Shown: positions 12,355-26,175, counted from the first letter of the stretch. The stretch: DNA of 64,000 bases from Cetorhinus maximus (GCF_964194155.1 NC_135901.1:22940001-23004000); one strand, 5' to 3'. Notes: generated by a model not told the origin, from the sequence alone. Numbers and translations: made by a program.

Positions 12355-13003
12355 ACTCACAGAAGTAGGACAGAGGAAGAAGTTTTGTTGCGTGTGAAGC
12401 TGAATCTTCATTCAGAGCTTGTTAATCTGCTCATTACAGCTTTGCTGGGCAGTAATGAACATGTTCACAAGCTCATTGTCCAACACCCGCATTCAGACAA
12501 TGGGGGAAGCTCCGTGCAGCCATTGGCACAAAGCCCAATTCAGGTCCACCAGCTCTTCGCATTGGTCAACCCCGGATCGACCACAATGAGGGAGCGTGAC
12601 CCCTGCCCACGTGGGGGCGGGAGAGACTTTGACCTCTAGACGCACTGAGCTATTGTCCAATCCGCAATATTTTGCTTCTGTAACCAGTGCTATCGCTCCC
12701 AATGGGACACTGTACTGGGGACGAACCTCTGAGTCAGTGTGACGTCTACAATAGAACACTGCCTGAATCAGCCAGCAGGAATCACTCTGCTCTGCGGTGA
12801 CGTCCTCTGGTTCCAGTCTGCAGGCCGCGCGGACACGGAAGCCCCACGCCAATACTTCCTCGAGACAAGGTCTCCAGGCAACCCGACTGACGGCTCCGGC
12901 CAATAGCGAGCGCTGGAGGACCGGAAGGACTTTGGTCCTCCAGTCAATCAGAGGAAGGGTTCACACAGACCAAAACTTCCTCCTGTGTCCAGGATCTGTG
13001 AGT
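12355..13003. promoter_or_regulatory. Bidirectional CpG promoter with divergent first exons (units 3 and 4)
   Basis: Homologous exon ends with GTGAGT on minus (12355-12360) and plus (12998-13003); gtgacgtc twice; CCAAT. Confidence 0.7.
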
Positions 13004-13079
13004 TTGTTTGCGTTGAAAAGAAAGAGAAGAGGTACAGGCGGGGTTGAGAGGTTGAGGTTTTCAGGAGAAAAGGGAATAA

Positions 13080-13606
13080 TTCAGTAACAGAGTAGTGAAG
13101 CTGTGAGTTGGAGAAGGAGATGGAGAGGGAGGAAGTCTGAGCAGCTGGGAAAAGAAGAGCAAAAAGGTTGATTGGGGGAATCCAACAATGAGAGATCCAG
13201 AGGCTGAGACCCTTGGGGCTGCCTGTGGAAATGGGCTGTGGGAAGACAGCCCTCTGAACAGACTTCAGTCCAACCTCCTGGAGGAGGAAAGGAACTGAAT
13301 GTATACCTTGGAAATACAGAGAGTTGTGGGACTCTGTAACTGGAATTAGTGTCAAATATGCTGAGGGGGGAATTGCTTGTGATTTTGTGGAAGATGCTTT
13401 TATTGTACGAGCTATTTAAAGTGAAATTTAGCTCTTATTAAAAAAAAGTTTTTCTTTTTTAATGCATGCTTCATTTATGTTGATTTTAGTTTGACTGTTA
13501 CAGTAAAAGTTAAAAGTGAAACCTTGCCCTTCGGTTTATTCCGTTGGGGTTGTCTGGAAATTTGTTTCTTTATTTTAAGGTTACCGTTCTTCATGGGGAT
13601 TGTAAC
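13080..13606 (+). mobile_element. LTR-like fragment in intron
   Basis: Ends ggggattgtaaca; inverted paralog at about 26638-26925 with the same junction. Confidence 0.5.
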
Positions 13607-14196
13607 AACAGAGATGTGTCTAGTGTTGTTATATGTTACATATTAGATATGTCATTTATGGTTCTGTAGTAAAGTTCATTGATTATTATTTCTAGTCTTG
13701 TAATATAGTACTGTAGGTATGTTATATATTTCCAGTCATAGAGTCATTTCAGCACGGACAAAGACAATTCGGTTACTCAAGTCCATGCCAACTCCCTATA
13801 GAGAAATCCAGTCAGTCCCATTCCCCCTCTATATCCTGGTAACACTGCAAGTTTATTTCTTTCAAGTGTCCATCCAATTTAATTTTTAAACCATTGATTA
13901 TCTCCGCTTCCACCACCCTTGTATGGAGTGAGTTCCAGTTCATTTTCAGGGCCCTGTGTCCTGGACAGGAAGCAGTGAGCATGTATCTGTCAATCAGCAT
14001 GAACTGGCACCTTCAGGAGAACTTGGAGAGTGTATATGAGGGACAGCAGAGTGAGATTAGTGGGAAAGTGTGTGTGGTGGAGGTTTACACCTTTTCAGGA
14101 ATGAAAGAAGAAAAAGTGTTCATGTAAACTAGAATTGTCTGTCCTCAGCTTCTATCCTGTAATGACAGTGTTGAATTGTGTAAACTCCTTTTACAG

Positions 14197-15058
14197 GATA
14201 TTGGAAGGAGAGGATCTGAAGTCAGGAATCTCAAAACAAACATCACATTAAGATCTGACAGTCACTCAATTAATCACAATGTGAATATCATTGGCCTTTG
14301 AATTTAGACAGAAATGTTTGTCTGTTCTGTCTCTTCAAAAGGTGTAAACATCAGTGTGACTGGAAAAGCACTGAGACACACACACCCGTGCGAGTGTGTT
14401 CATGTTACGCAGCCTGAAAAAACATCACACCATTCATGGTGAGAAGAGACTGGACACGTATTCTGTGCGAGGACGAGGCTTCAACTGATCATCAAAACTG
14501 GAAGGACAAAAGGCACCAGGGAGAAACCGTGGAAGTGTGGGGACTGTGGGAAGGGATTCAAAGGCCCATCTGAGCTGGAGATTCGTCGACGCAGTCACAC
14601 TGGGGAGAGGCCGTTCACCTACTCCGTGTGTGGGAAGGGATTCATTAAGTTATTCAACCTGCTGATACACCAGAGAGTTCACACTGGGGAGAGCCCATTC
14701 ATCTGCTCCATGTATGGGAAGGGATTTGCGGAGTCATCCAGCTTCCGGAGACACCAACGAGCTCACACTGGGGAGAGGCTGTTCACCTGCTCTGTGTGTG
14801 GGAAGGGATTCAGTGAATCATCCACCCTGCAGAGGCACCAGGCGGTTCACACTGGGGAGAGGTCATTTACCTGCTCTCTGTGTGGGGGAAGGGATTCACT
14901 CAGTCAACCAGTCTGCGGACAGACCGACGTGCTCACACTGGGGAGAGGCCTTTCACCTGCTCCGTGTGTGTGGGAAAGGATTCACTGAGTCATCCAACCT
15001 GCTGAGTTAGCATGGCAGTCACACCAATTAGAGACTTTTTAAATACTCTGACTGTGGG
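14197..15058 (+). pseudogene. C2H2 ZF unit 4; frameshifted, 3' end cut by an LTR element
   Basis: Degenerate fingers, frameshifts near 14885 and 14965, TAG near 15008. Confidence 0.85.
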
Positions 15059-17720
15059 TGTTCATTATATCATTTGGGCTTCAGTATATACAGGTGGTAG
15101 GCATTGATTGGTTGGTTACATGAGCGCATATGAAGAGGCACTTACTGACACAGAGTGGAGTTAGGAGGTATATACCAATAATGTTTCACTCTGTGAATAA
15201 ATCTATACCGATAAGATTGGCTCCAGTTTCTTCCTTCACCATAAGACTGTCAGGACTGAATGACCGGGGAACAATTAACAGGTGTTTCAGGTCTAACTCA
15301 CAATATCATTGTGTGGTGAACTGCCCAAAGCAGAAAATCAGGGTCTTCAGAGTGACACATGACATTGAGAATTCTGAGGCTGAAGATGATAATGATCACT
15401 CTGAATAAACTGTACCAATTAGAAGGAGCTTTGACTAAGTTATGAGTGTGTCCTATTGTAAACCTTCCCTTGGCAGGTGACTCCATAACAAGGTAGATGC
15501 CATGGATCGAAAGGAATGGGACAAAGACAAATATTTTCATTCTACACTTTATAGGCATGGTAACCGATTTAGTCTTTCTCCAATAAGACATCCCAAGGAC
15601 AAAAGGGTGATTATCGACCAAGTCATTGGAGAAATAGATAGGGAGGGTTTAAACTAGATTGGCAGGAGGATGGGAACCTGAGGGGAAATTCAGAGAGGAG
15701 AGGAGAAAAACTGGCAGTGGGAAGTAGAGAAGTATTAGCTGATAAGGAGGATATAACAGAGAGTAGCATCAAGGTAAGTAGAATACTCGGAGAGTCTGAT
15801 AGAACTAGAGTAGGCTATCGTAAGTCATTAAATGGAGTCAGAGCAAGGGGGAAAATTTAAAAAGCCTAAGTCAGTATTAATGTGCATATATGTGAATGCA
15901 CGGAGTGTGATTAATAAGATTGGTGAACTAAAGGCATGGGCTGACAAATGAAACTATGATATTGTTGCTATAACTGAGACCTGGCTCAAAGAAGGACAGG
16001 ACTGGGCATTAAATGTTCCTGGGTATAAGGTATTTAGTAGGGACAGAAAAGGAAGAAAGTTGGGGAGGGCGTGGAGTGGCTGTATTAATTAAAGATGGTA
16101 TTACAGTACTGGAGAGAGAGGATGTTCCAGAGGGGTCAAGTATGGAATTGTCCTGGCTAGAGGTTGATAAGGGCAATTTTGTTGATGTTGTGTACATGGA
16201 TTTGCAAAAGGCATTTGATACAGTGCCACAGAACAGACTTGTGAGCAAAATTCTAGCTCATAGAATAAAAGAGAAAGTAGGAACTTGGATAAGAAATTGG
16301 CGGAGTAACAGGAAACAGAGTAGTGATAAATGGTTGTTTTTCAGATTGGAGGAAGATCTGTAGTGGAGTTTCCCAGGGTTCAGTGTTGGGACCCTTGCTC
16401 TTGATATATATTAATGACCTAGACTGTGGTGTGCAGGGCATGATTTCAAAATTTGCAGATGATACGAAGATTGGAAGCATTGTCGACTGTGACGAGGATA
16501 GTCTTGAACTTTAAAAGGACAGACACATTGGTGGACTGAGCAAATAGCAGATGAAGTTCAATGCAGAGAAATGGGAGGTGATTCATTTTGGCAGGAAGAA
16601 TGTGGAGAGACAGTATGAAATAAAGGTAGAAACTCTTAAGGAAATGCAGGAACATAAGGACATCAGTGTATATGTATATAACTCATTCAAGGTGGCAATG
16701 CATTTTGAGAGCAGTTAATAAAGCATATGGTATCCTAGGCATTATTAATAGGGGCATTGAGTACAAGAGTAAGGAGGTCATTTTAAACTTGTGTAAGACA
16801 CTAGTTAGGCCTTATCTGGAGTACTGCATCCAGTTCTGGGCGCCATACTTGAGGAAGAGTGTGAAGGCATTGGAGAGAGTACAGAGGAAATTCACAAGAA
16901 TGATTCCAGGGATAAATAACTGTAGCTATGAGGTAAGATTGGAGAGGCTGGGACTGTTTTCCTTGGAGAAAAGAAGGCTGACAGGAGACTTGATAATCAA
17001 GATCCTGAGGAGTATGGACAGGGTAATTAGTGAGAAACTGCTCCGACTCAAGAGAACATCAAGAACTAGAGGGCACGGATTCAAATTAATGGGCAAAAGG
17101 AGAAGTGATGTGAGGAAAACATATTCACCCAGAGGGTGATTGGAGCCTGGAACGAACTTCCTGAGAGGGTGGCTGAGGCAGGTTCGATCGAGGTATTCAA
17201 AAGGGAATTGGATTGCTACCTGAAAAGAGAGAATGTGCAAGGTTACGGGGATAAGGCAGTGGAGTGGGATTAGGTAGAATGCTTTTTCAGCGAGCCAGTG
17301 CAGACTCAATGGGCCGAACGGCCTTCTTCTGCATTGTGAAGATTCTGTGACTAGACCTAGGGCACCAGCTAAATTTCTGACTGATAATTGAGGGGAATTT
17401 GCGAATGATGAGTTTAGAGACATATGTGAAAACATGAATATTATGGTCATGAACACCGCAGCTGAAAGTCCTTTCAGCAATGGACTCTGTGAAAGGAATC
17501 ACTCAGTGATCCATGAAATGTTGCATAAAGTTTTAGCTGATCAGCCAAACTGCAAGTTGATAACTGCACTGGCATGGACAATTCATGTAAAGAATTCACT
17601 TCAGATGGTTGGAGGTATAGTCCCTATCAATTGGTCTGTGGGAGAAATCCCAATTCACCCTCTGTGCTGGACAACAGCCCTCCTGCTTTAGAAGGGGTGA
17701 TCATTGGTCATCAATAATCA
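15059..17720 (+). mobile_element. Deleted Copia (GalEa-like) LTR element: 5' LTR 15059-15252, gag and integrase fragments, split by CR1
   Basis: TG...CA LTR of about 194 bp; GTINRCFRSNSQYH knuckle; TAAESPFSNGLCERNH integrase; inverted paralog at 58349-60383. Confidence 0.75.
15640..17350 (+). mobile_element. CR1 LINE (endonuclease fragment, RT, 3' end)
   Basis: GRGVAVLIK, VYMDLQKAFDTVP, SGVSQGSVLGP, SKFADDTK. Confidence 0.9.
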
Positions 17721-17865
17721 GTTTATTTCACACAAATAAGTGCTCGAACTAAGAAACTATTGGGGATTCTAGTTGAGGGGTGTCTTATAATTTAATGCTC
17801 TGTACAAAATAAGGAAAATCATATTTTTTCTCTTTGATTTGTTTTGAAATATTGTTTGTATGCAT

Positions 17866-18815
17866 TGTTACGATCCCGGTCAGAACCATTAATGATTAAA
17901 GAGAAATTCGAACACCCAAGTGATAAACTGGAAGAATTACACCACAAGATTCCACATTTTCCAACAAAAACAAACTTTACTGTATACATCAAAGAAAATT
18001 CAAAATCAGCTCTCCAGAATACACTTTAATTCTCCTCAGTATTCCAGCTGTTCTCCAGGTTCCAAGATTTTATGGGGGTCCTTCCATTAGCTTTTGGCTA
18101 AACAACCTTCCAACTTTCCTTTAAGACCTCAAAACTGTGGACTCCTCAGTCCAAATGTGAGCTTCGCTGCCTTTTTGCTGAGGGATTTAAACATTAGGAT
18201 CACCCCTAGTTCCTAATGGCTCTCTAGGCCTCTAGTCCCAAAGCTGGTTCACGGCTCCTGGGCCCACAGCTGACTGCTTCCAAGCGAACTGCAGACTGCC
18301 TGCTTTCTGTGAGAAACACCCAGAATTCCAACCAAGGCTCCACCCTGAATCACTTATCCCATGGTAACAGAGACCAGTTGGGATGTCCAATTGATATTTA
18401 AATTATTTAACTTTTAGCTTCAAAACCAAGCCTCTTTTTCCCTGAGGTCTTCATGAAGAATTCATCTCTCTAACAAAGACAGGACAAGAATCGTCAGACC
18501 CAATGTCTCCAGGTCTCCAGCTAAAAGAGCCCACCTGCCATTTTGCAGTTCTTACCCTTAATCAACATGGGCCACATCTTGGGATTGTGAACTCCCTTTG
18601 GATGTTTCTGTCAGATTCCCATTCCAGGTTTTCCATTTCTCATACATTTCAAAAACCAATACAATTCCCAAACTAAAAGCAATATTTCTAAAATGTATGA
18701 ATAATGAAACTAGATCTTCGCAACACCTTCCCCAGGAAGAAATGAAAATATCTCATCCTCGTAATATCCCATTTAGAATATTACAACTTACAACCTGCTG
18801 TACATCTTAACGACA
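17866..18815 (-). mobile_element. Solo-LTR-like element
   Basis: Bounded by tgttacgatccc and aca ends; inverted paralog 55691-58241. Confidence 0.55.
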
Positions 18816-19122
18816 GCCATGATCTTATCGAATGGTGGAGCAGGCTCGAGGGGCCAAATGGCCGACTCCTGCTCCCAAGTCGTATGTTTTCCTTTGTTCA
18901 ACTATCTTATAACCTGCAATACACATAATAATCCCTGAAGGGTGACCTGATGGAAACATGAAAGATTCTGAAGGGGTTCAATAATCCAATAGAGATTTCA
19001 TGAGATTCCCCAGCGAGTGGTGAGAATGTAGAACTCACTACCACAGTGAGTAGTTGAGGTGAATAGCATGAATACATTTAAGGTGAAGTTAGATACAAAT
19101 GTGAGGGAGAAAGGAATAGAAG

Positions 19123-21650
19123 GCCATTCTAGGATGACGGGACTGACATATGAGGAGAGATTGAGACAGTTAGGATTATATTCACTGGGGTTCAGAAGAA
19201 TGAGGGGGGATCTCATAGAAACCCATAAAATTCTAACAGGACTAGACCGGGTACATGCGGGAAGGATGTTCCCGATAGTGGGGGGGTCCAAAACCAGGGA
19301 TCACAGTCTGAGGATACGGGGTAGACCATTTAGGACTGAGAAGAGGAGAAATTTCTTCACCCAGAGAGTGGTGAGCCTGTGGAATTCACTACCAAAGAAA
19401 GTAGTTGAGGCCAAAGCATAGTTTTTTCAAGAAGGAGTTGGATATAGCTTCACTTCACATCCGAATTCACTCAAGAGAATGAGGATGAAAGTATCGAACT
19501 CGGAGAGAGAGACTGCAAAGTTCTTGAGCAAATTGATATAAGGAGTGACAAGGTATTGGAGGTGTTGGCAGGCTTAAAAGTGGACAAATCTCAAGGTCTA
19601 GATGATTTGTGTCCAGACTGCTGAGGGAGGCAAGGGAGGAGATCACAGGGGCTCTGACCCAAATTTTTAATTCCTCTCTGGCCACGGGGGAAGTGCCAGA
19701 GGACTGGAGAACAGCTAATGTGGTTCCACTTTTTTAAGAAGGGTTGTGGAGATAAGCCAGGGAACTACAGACCATTGAGTCTCACATCAGTGGTAGGGAA
19801 ACTATTGGAGAAAATTCTGAAGGAGAGAATTTATCTCCACTTGGAGAGGCAATGTTTGATCAGGGATAGTCAGCATCGCTTTGTCAGAGGGAGGTCGTGC
19901 CTAACAAATTTGATTGAATTTTTTGAGGAGGTGACCAGGTGTGTAGATGAGGGCGGTGCAGTTGATGTAGTTTATATGGATTTCAGCAAAGCCTTTGACA
20001 AGGTCCCAGATGGGAGACTTAGAAAAAAGTCAAATGCACATGGGATACGGGGTAATTTGATAAGGTGATTCAAAATTGGCTTAGTTGTAGGAGACAGAGG
20101 GTGATGACAGAAGGTTGCTTTAGTGACTGGAAGCCAGTGTCCAGTGGCACATCACAGGGACCTGTGCTCGGTCCCCTATTATTTGTCATTTATATAAACG
20201 CCATAGATGACTATGTGGGGGGTAGGATTAGTAAGTTTGCGGATGACACAAAGATTGGCCGGGTGGTTAACAGTGAGGTTGAGTGTCTTGGGCTACAGGA
20301 AGATATAGATGGGATGGTCAAATGGGCAGTTAAGTGGCAGATGGAATTTAACCCTGAAAAGTGTGAGGTGATACACTTTGGAAGGACTCATTTGACAAGG
20401 AAATATTCAATGAACGGCATGACACTAGGAAGTTCTGAGGAACAAAGGGACCTTGGCGTGTGTGCCCATAGATCTCTGAAGGTGGAGGGGCATGTTAGTG
20501 GGATGGTGAAAAAGACATATGGAACACTTGCCTTTATCAATCGAGGCATAGATTACAAAAGTAGGGAGATTATGTTGGAGTTGTATAGAACCTTAGTGAG
20601 GCCACAGATGTAGTACTGTGTGCAGTTCTGGTCGCCACATTATAGGAAGGATGTGATTGCACCGGAGGGGGTGCAGAGGAGATTCACCAGGATGTTGCCT
20701 GGGATGAAACATTTGGAACCATAGAACCATAGAAATGTTACAGCACAGGAGGAGGCTATTCAGCCCATCTTGTCCACGCCAGCCCGAGGACACCCAGGTG
20801 CCCTTTCTAATCCTACCTTCCTGCACCTGGCCTATAGCCCTGCAGCTTACAGCACTTAAGGTGCCGATCCCGGTACTTTTTAAAAGAGTTTAAAGTTTCT
20901 GCCTCTACCACCAACTTGGGCAGCGAATTCCAGACACCCACTACCCTCTGCGTAAAAAAGTTCTTCCTCATATCCCCCCTGCACGTTCTGCCACTTATCT
21001 TGAATCTATGTCCCCTGGTTCTAGAATTTTCCATCAAGGGAAACAATTTTATCCTGTAAGTTTATGAAGAGAGGTTGGATAGACTTGGGTTGTTTTCATT
21101 GGAGCAGAGAAGACTGAAGGGCGACCTGATCGATGTGTACAAGATTATTCGGGGCATGGACAGGGTGGATAGGGAGCAGCTATTCCCCTTAGTTGAAGGG
21201 TCAGTCACGAGGGGACATAAGTTCAAAGTGAGGGGCAGGACGTTTAGGGGGGATGTGAGGAAAAACTTTTTTACCCAGAGGGTGGTGACGGTCTGGAATG
21301 CGCTGGCTGGGAGGGTGGTGGAGGCAGGTTGCCTCACATCCTTTAAAAAGTACCTGGATGAGCACTTGGCACATCATAACATTCAAGGCTATGAGCCAAG
21401 TGCTGGTAAGTGGGATTAGGTAGGTAGATCAGGTGTTTCTCACGTGTCGGTGCAGACTCGATGGGTTGAAGGGCCTCTTCTGCACTGTGTGATTCTGTGA
21501 TAGCTCTTGGGGCGAAAGGGATCAAAGGATATGGGAAGAAACTGGGAGCAGGCTATTGAGTTGGATGATCAGCCATGATCATGATGAATGGTGGAGCAGG
21601 CTCGAATGGGCCAAATGGCCTACTCCTGCTCCTATTTTCTATGTTTCCAT
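19123..21650 (+). mobile_element. Three nested CR1s: outer +, middle + (19450-21500, RT), inner - (20715-21057)
   Basis: [27 protein letters not shown]; outer copy resumes after repeated atagct; inner copy is opposite strand with its own tail. Confidence 0.85.
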
Positions 21651-22045
21651 GATATGCTGATGGGGGGAGATGAAGAGGGGAGGGTGGAGGCTCATGTGGA
21701 ACATAAATACTAACATAGACCAATTTAGGCAACTGGTCTGGCTCTGTGCTGTAGACTCAATGGAACAGAGACAAATGTATCTATTTTAGATCTACCTGTC
21801 GTGGTTAGAAAAACAACATTTACTATCCAGGATAAAATAAATGTCCTTCATCAGATTTTGCACATTATTTCAGTGCAAATGAGCACTCCCAGGCTCACAG
21901 AGCATCAGTCCACTGGAAGCAAAGTCGTGAGGCTGTGCAGCCCATCAGAAAGAGACCCTCCCACTTCACCAAGTGTCAGAATGAACATGGTTCAATCCTG
22001 GATGTGATTCACAGCAGCAATAACAGCAGAATCCAACCCCTGCAG

Positions 22046-23408
22046 TCACTTGTGAACTCGCTGGTGTGCCTGCAGGTTGGATGATGTTCTAAATCTCTTT
22101 GCACAGCAAGAGCAGCTGAAAGGTCTCTCCTCAGTGTGAATGCGTTGGTGAACCATCAGGTCCCGAGAGGTCTTGAAACAACCCCCACAGTCAGAGCATT
22201 TAAAAGGTCTCTCATTGGTGTGGGTGACATGATGTCTCAGCAGGCTGGACGATGTACTGAATCCCTTCCCACACACACAGTACGTGAACGGCCTCTCCCC
22301 TGTATGAACTCGCTGGTGTGTCAGCAGGGTGAATGAGTGAATCCCTTTCCACACGTGGAGCAACTGAATGGCCTCTCCTCGGTGTGAACTTGCTGGTGCC
22401 TCAGCAGGGTGGATGAATCTCTGAATCCATTCCCACACTCGGAGCAGGTGAACGGCCTCTCCTCAGTGTGAATCCATCATTGTGTCAGCAGGGTGGATGA
22501 GTCAGTGAATCCCTTTCCACACACGGAACAGATGAACAGCCTCTCACCATTGTGAACTCGCTGGTGCCTCTGCAGGGAAGATGAATCTCCGAATTCCTTC
22601 CCACACTCAGAGCAGGTGAACAGCCTCTCCCCAGTGTGAATTTGCTGGTGTTTCCGCAGGGTGGAATGATAACTGAATGCCTTCCCACACTCAGAGCAGG
22701 TGAACGGCCTTTCCCCGGTGTGAGCACGTCGGTGTGTCTGCAGGCTGGATAACTGAGTAAAGCCCTTCCCACACTCAGAGCAGGTGAATGGTCTCTCCCC
22801 AGTGTGAACTCACTGGTGTCTCAGGAGGGCAGATGACTGACTGAATCCCTTACCACACATGGAGCAGGTGAATGGTCTCTCCCCAGTGTGAACTCACTCA
22901 TGCTTGCATAAGGTGGATGAATCATTGAATCCTTTCCCACACTCGGAACAGGTGAATGGCCTCTCCCTGCTGTGAATGGGTGAATGAGTTTCCAGCTGAC
23001 ATGGGAATCTGCATCCCTTCCCACAGTCCCCACACTTCCATACTTTCTCCATGGTGCCAATGGCCTTCTTTCTATGCAGGTTCAGCGATCATTTGAAGCC
23101 TTGTCCACACACAGAACAAGTGTACAGTCTCTCCCCACTATGAATGTTGTGATTTTTTTTCTGGCTGTGTAACCAGTTAAAGCTCTTTCCACAGTCAGTG
23201 CACTGGAACTCAGGTGAGTGTATCTTGGTGATTTTCCAGTCAAAGTTATGTTTAAAACCTTTTGAAGCAGACGGAACAGACAAACATTTCTTCTTCTAGA
23301 TTGAAATGCCATTGGTATTCAGGTCCTGAAGAACCAAGTGACTCTGTCAGATCTTGATGTGAAGTTTATTTTGAGATTTGTGTCTTCAAATCCTCACCTT
23401 CTAATATC
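22046..23408 (-). pseudogene. C2H2 ZF unit 5; several stops and a frameshift
   Basis: TGA at 22894-22896 and 22810-22812, stop near 22480, deletion near 22335; acceptor near 23409. Confidence 0.85.
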
Positions 23409-24522
23409 CTGTAAAAGGAGATTATAAAAGTCATCACTTTCAGTCGGGAACAGAAATTCAGAACAGACAATTCTAGTTTCTATGGAACATTCTTTCTTCT
23501 GTCATTCCCCAAGTCTGTAAATTTCTGTTCCCCACAGCAACCGCCCCCCCATCCCGCCCCCGCCCCCACCCCCACCCCCACCCCCACCCCAACCCGCCGG
23601 CTCTCCCTCCATTCTCACTCTGCTATACCTCATATGCATCCTCCTATTTCTCCTAAAGGTATCAATTTATTCTCACTGCTTCCTAGGCTGGACAATGAGA
23701 CCTGAAAATCTTCATGCAGGCTGCTCGCCATATACATATATCTATATTACTGGACAAAAAATGTGTGTAATATACAGTACTATATCATTTGGTTAGAGAT
23801 ATAGTGGGGATGTGAGGAAGAGCTTTTCTTAGGTAGCGAGTTGCCATGACCTGGAATTCACAGTTTAAGAGGGTGATGGAAGCAGAGACGACCAATAATT
23901 TCACAATGAAATTGGATGGACACTTCAAAGAAATAAACTTCCAGGGGAATGCGGATACAGAAGGGGGAATGGGACTGACTGGATTGCTCTACAGAGAGTT
24001 GCCATGGACTCGAGCTGCCAAATGGACACCTTCTGTACAGTAATGACTCCACAACTGTAAATATATAAGGTAGCTTATCATGAAGCTATTAATGTATATA
24101 ATGTTATTGGAATTATTTTAAAAATTGGACTTGTAGTAGGTCTGTGTCTGTGAGTGTGTATGTGTGGCTTAATTGGATTAAAGGTAGATAGTCTGGGTGC
24201 TTTGATCTACAGTAGTTTTGAGGTGGTAATTGGGTGAACAGTAAATTAAAAGACAAAGAGTTTATTTGCATTTGTTGAATAAACCATTCAAAAGAAGGGA
24301 GTAAAATCTTTCACCTAGCTAGAAGACCAAGGAATGTGTCCATATTACTAATAAAATTGGTACTATGAAAGGGGTTTAATTGTTAGAAGAGGTGGAGTTC
24401 AAAGATGTAGTGATACAATGAGAATTTACATTCAAAGGGAAAGCTAGAGGAGTGTGTGTGCAGGTCAGAGGCATGTAACATCTAAAAAGCCTGTAAGCCC
24501 TACAACTGTCTGCAAATAAAAG

Positions 24523-26175
24523 GTGTGGCTATGGGTACCCGCATGGGCCCCAGCTATGCCTGTCTCTTTATGGGGTATGTGGAACATTCCTTGTTCCAGT
24601 CCTACTCCGGCCCCCTCCCACAACTCTTTCTCCGGTACATTGATGATTACTTCGGTGCTGCTTCATGCTCTCGTCGGGACCTGGAAAAATTTATTAATTT
24701 TGCTTCCAATCTCCACCCCTCCATCATTTTCACATGGTCCATCTCTGACACTTCTCTTCCCTTCCTTGACCTCTCTGTCTCAATTTCTGATGATAGACTG
24801 TCGACCAATATCCATTACAAGTCTACCGACTCCCACAGCTACCTCGACTACAGCTCCTCACACCCCGCTTCCTGTAAGGACTCCATCCCATTCTCTCAAT
24901 TCCTTCGCCTCCGTCGCATCTGTTCTGATGACGCTACCTTCAAAAACAGCTCCTCTGACATGTCCTCCTTCTTCCTTAACCGAGGTTTTCCACCCACGGT
25001 CGTTGACAGGGCCCTCAACCGTGTCCGGCCCATATCCCGCGCATCCTCCCTCACGCCTTCTCCTCCTTCCCAGAAACATGATAGGGTCCCCCTTGTCCTC
25101 ACTTATCACCCCACCAGCCTCCGCATTCAAAGGATCATCCTCCGCCATTTCCGCCAACTCCAGCATGATGCCACCACCAAACACATCTTCCCTTCACCCC
25201 CCCTGACAGCATTCCGTAGGGATCGTTCCCTCCGGGACACCCTGGTCCACTCCTCCATCACCCTCTACTCCTCAACCCCCACCTATGGCACCTCCCCATG
25301 CCCACGCAGAAGATGCAACACCTGCCCCTTCACTTCCTCTCTCCTCACCGTCCAAGGGCCCAAACACTCCTTTCAAGTCAAGCAGCATTTCACTTGCATT
25401 TCCCCTAACTTAGTCTACTGCATTCGTTGCTCCCAATGCGGTCTCCTCTACATTGGAGAGACCAAACGCAAACTGGGCGACCGCTTTGCAGAACACCTGC
25501 GGTCTGTCCGCAAGAATGACCCAAACCTCCCTGTTGCTTGCCATTTTATCACTCCACCCTGTTCTCTTGCCCACATGTCTGTCCTTGGCTTGTTCCAGTG
25601 AAGTCCAACGCAAACTGGAGGAACAGCACCTCATCTTCCGACTAGGCACTTTACAGCCTTCCGGGCTGAATATTGAATTCAACAACTTTAGATCTTAAAC
25701 TCCCCCTCTCCCCCCATCCCCACCCCGTTTCTCCCCCCTCCCTTTTTTTTCCAATAATTTATATAGATTCTTCTTTTCCCACCTATTTCCATTATTTTTA
25801 AATCTAAAACTAAAACTTTGTCAATCTTTCCACCCCACCCCCACTAGAGCTGTACCTTGAGTATCCTGTCTTCCGTTCTTAATTAGCACCTTTCTTAGAC
25901 AATATCACCACCTTCAACACCTCTTTGATCCTTTTGTCTGTAACATCTTTTGATTATCTGCTCCTATCACTGCTTGCTTATCTCTACAATCACCACACCC
26001 TCAACTTCTCTCTCCCCCCGCCCCCCCACCTTAAACCAGCTTATATTTCATCTTTCTCCTAACTATGCTTCAGTTCTGCCGAAGGGTCATGAAGACTCGA
26101 AATGTTGACTGATTTCTTCTCCACCGATGCTGCCAGACCTGCTGAGTTTTTCCAGGTAATTCTGTTTTTGTTTTA
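24523..26175 (+). mobile_element. 5'-truncated Penelope-like element (RT C-terminus, GIY-YIG endonuclease, 3' repeat)
   Basis: AMGTRMGPSYA, FLRYIDD, LPFLD, NLVYCIRCSQCGLLYIGETKR; ORF 24525-25601; sits inside an LTR-like sequence (about 24080-26533). Confidence 0.92.

Noticed and set aside
24523-25206. 227-aa Ser/Pro-rich ORF
   Set aside because: Off-frame shadow of the Penelope ORF
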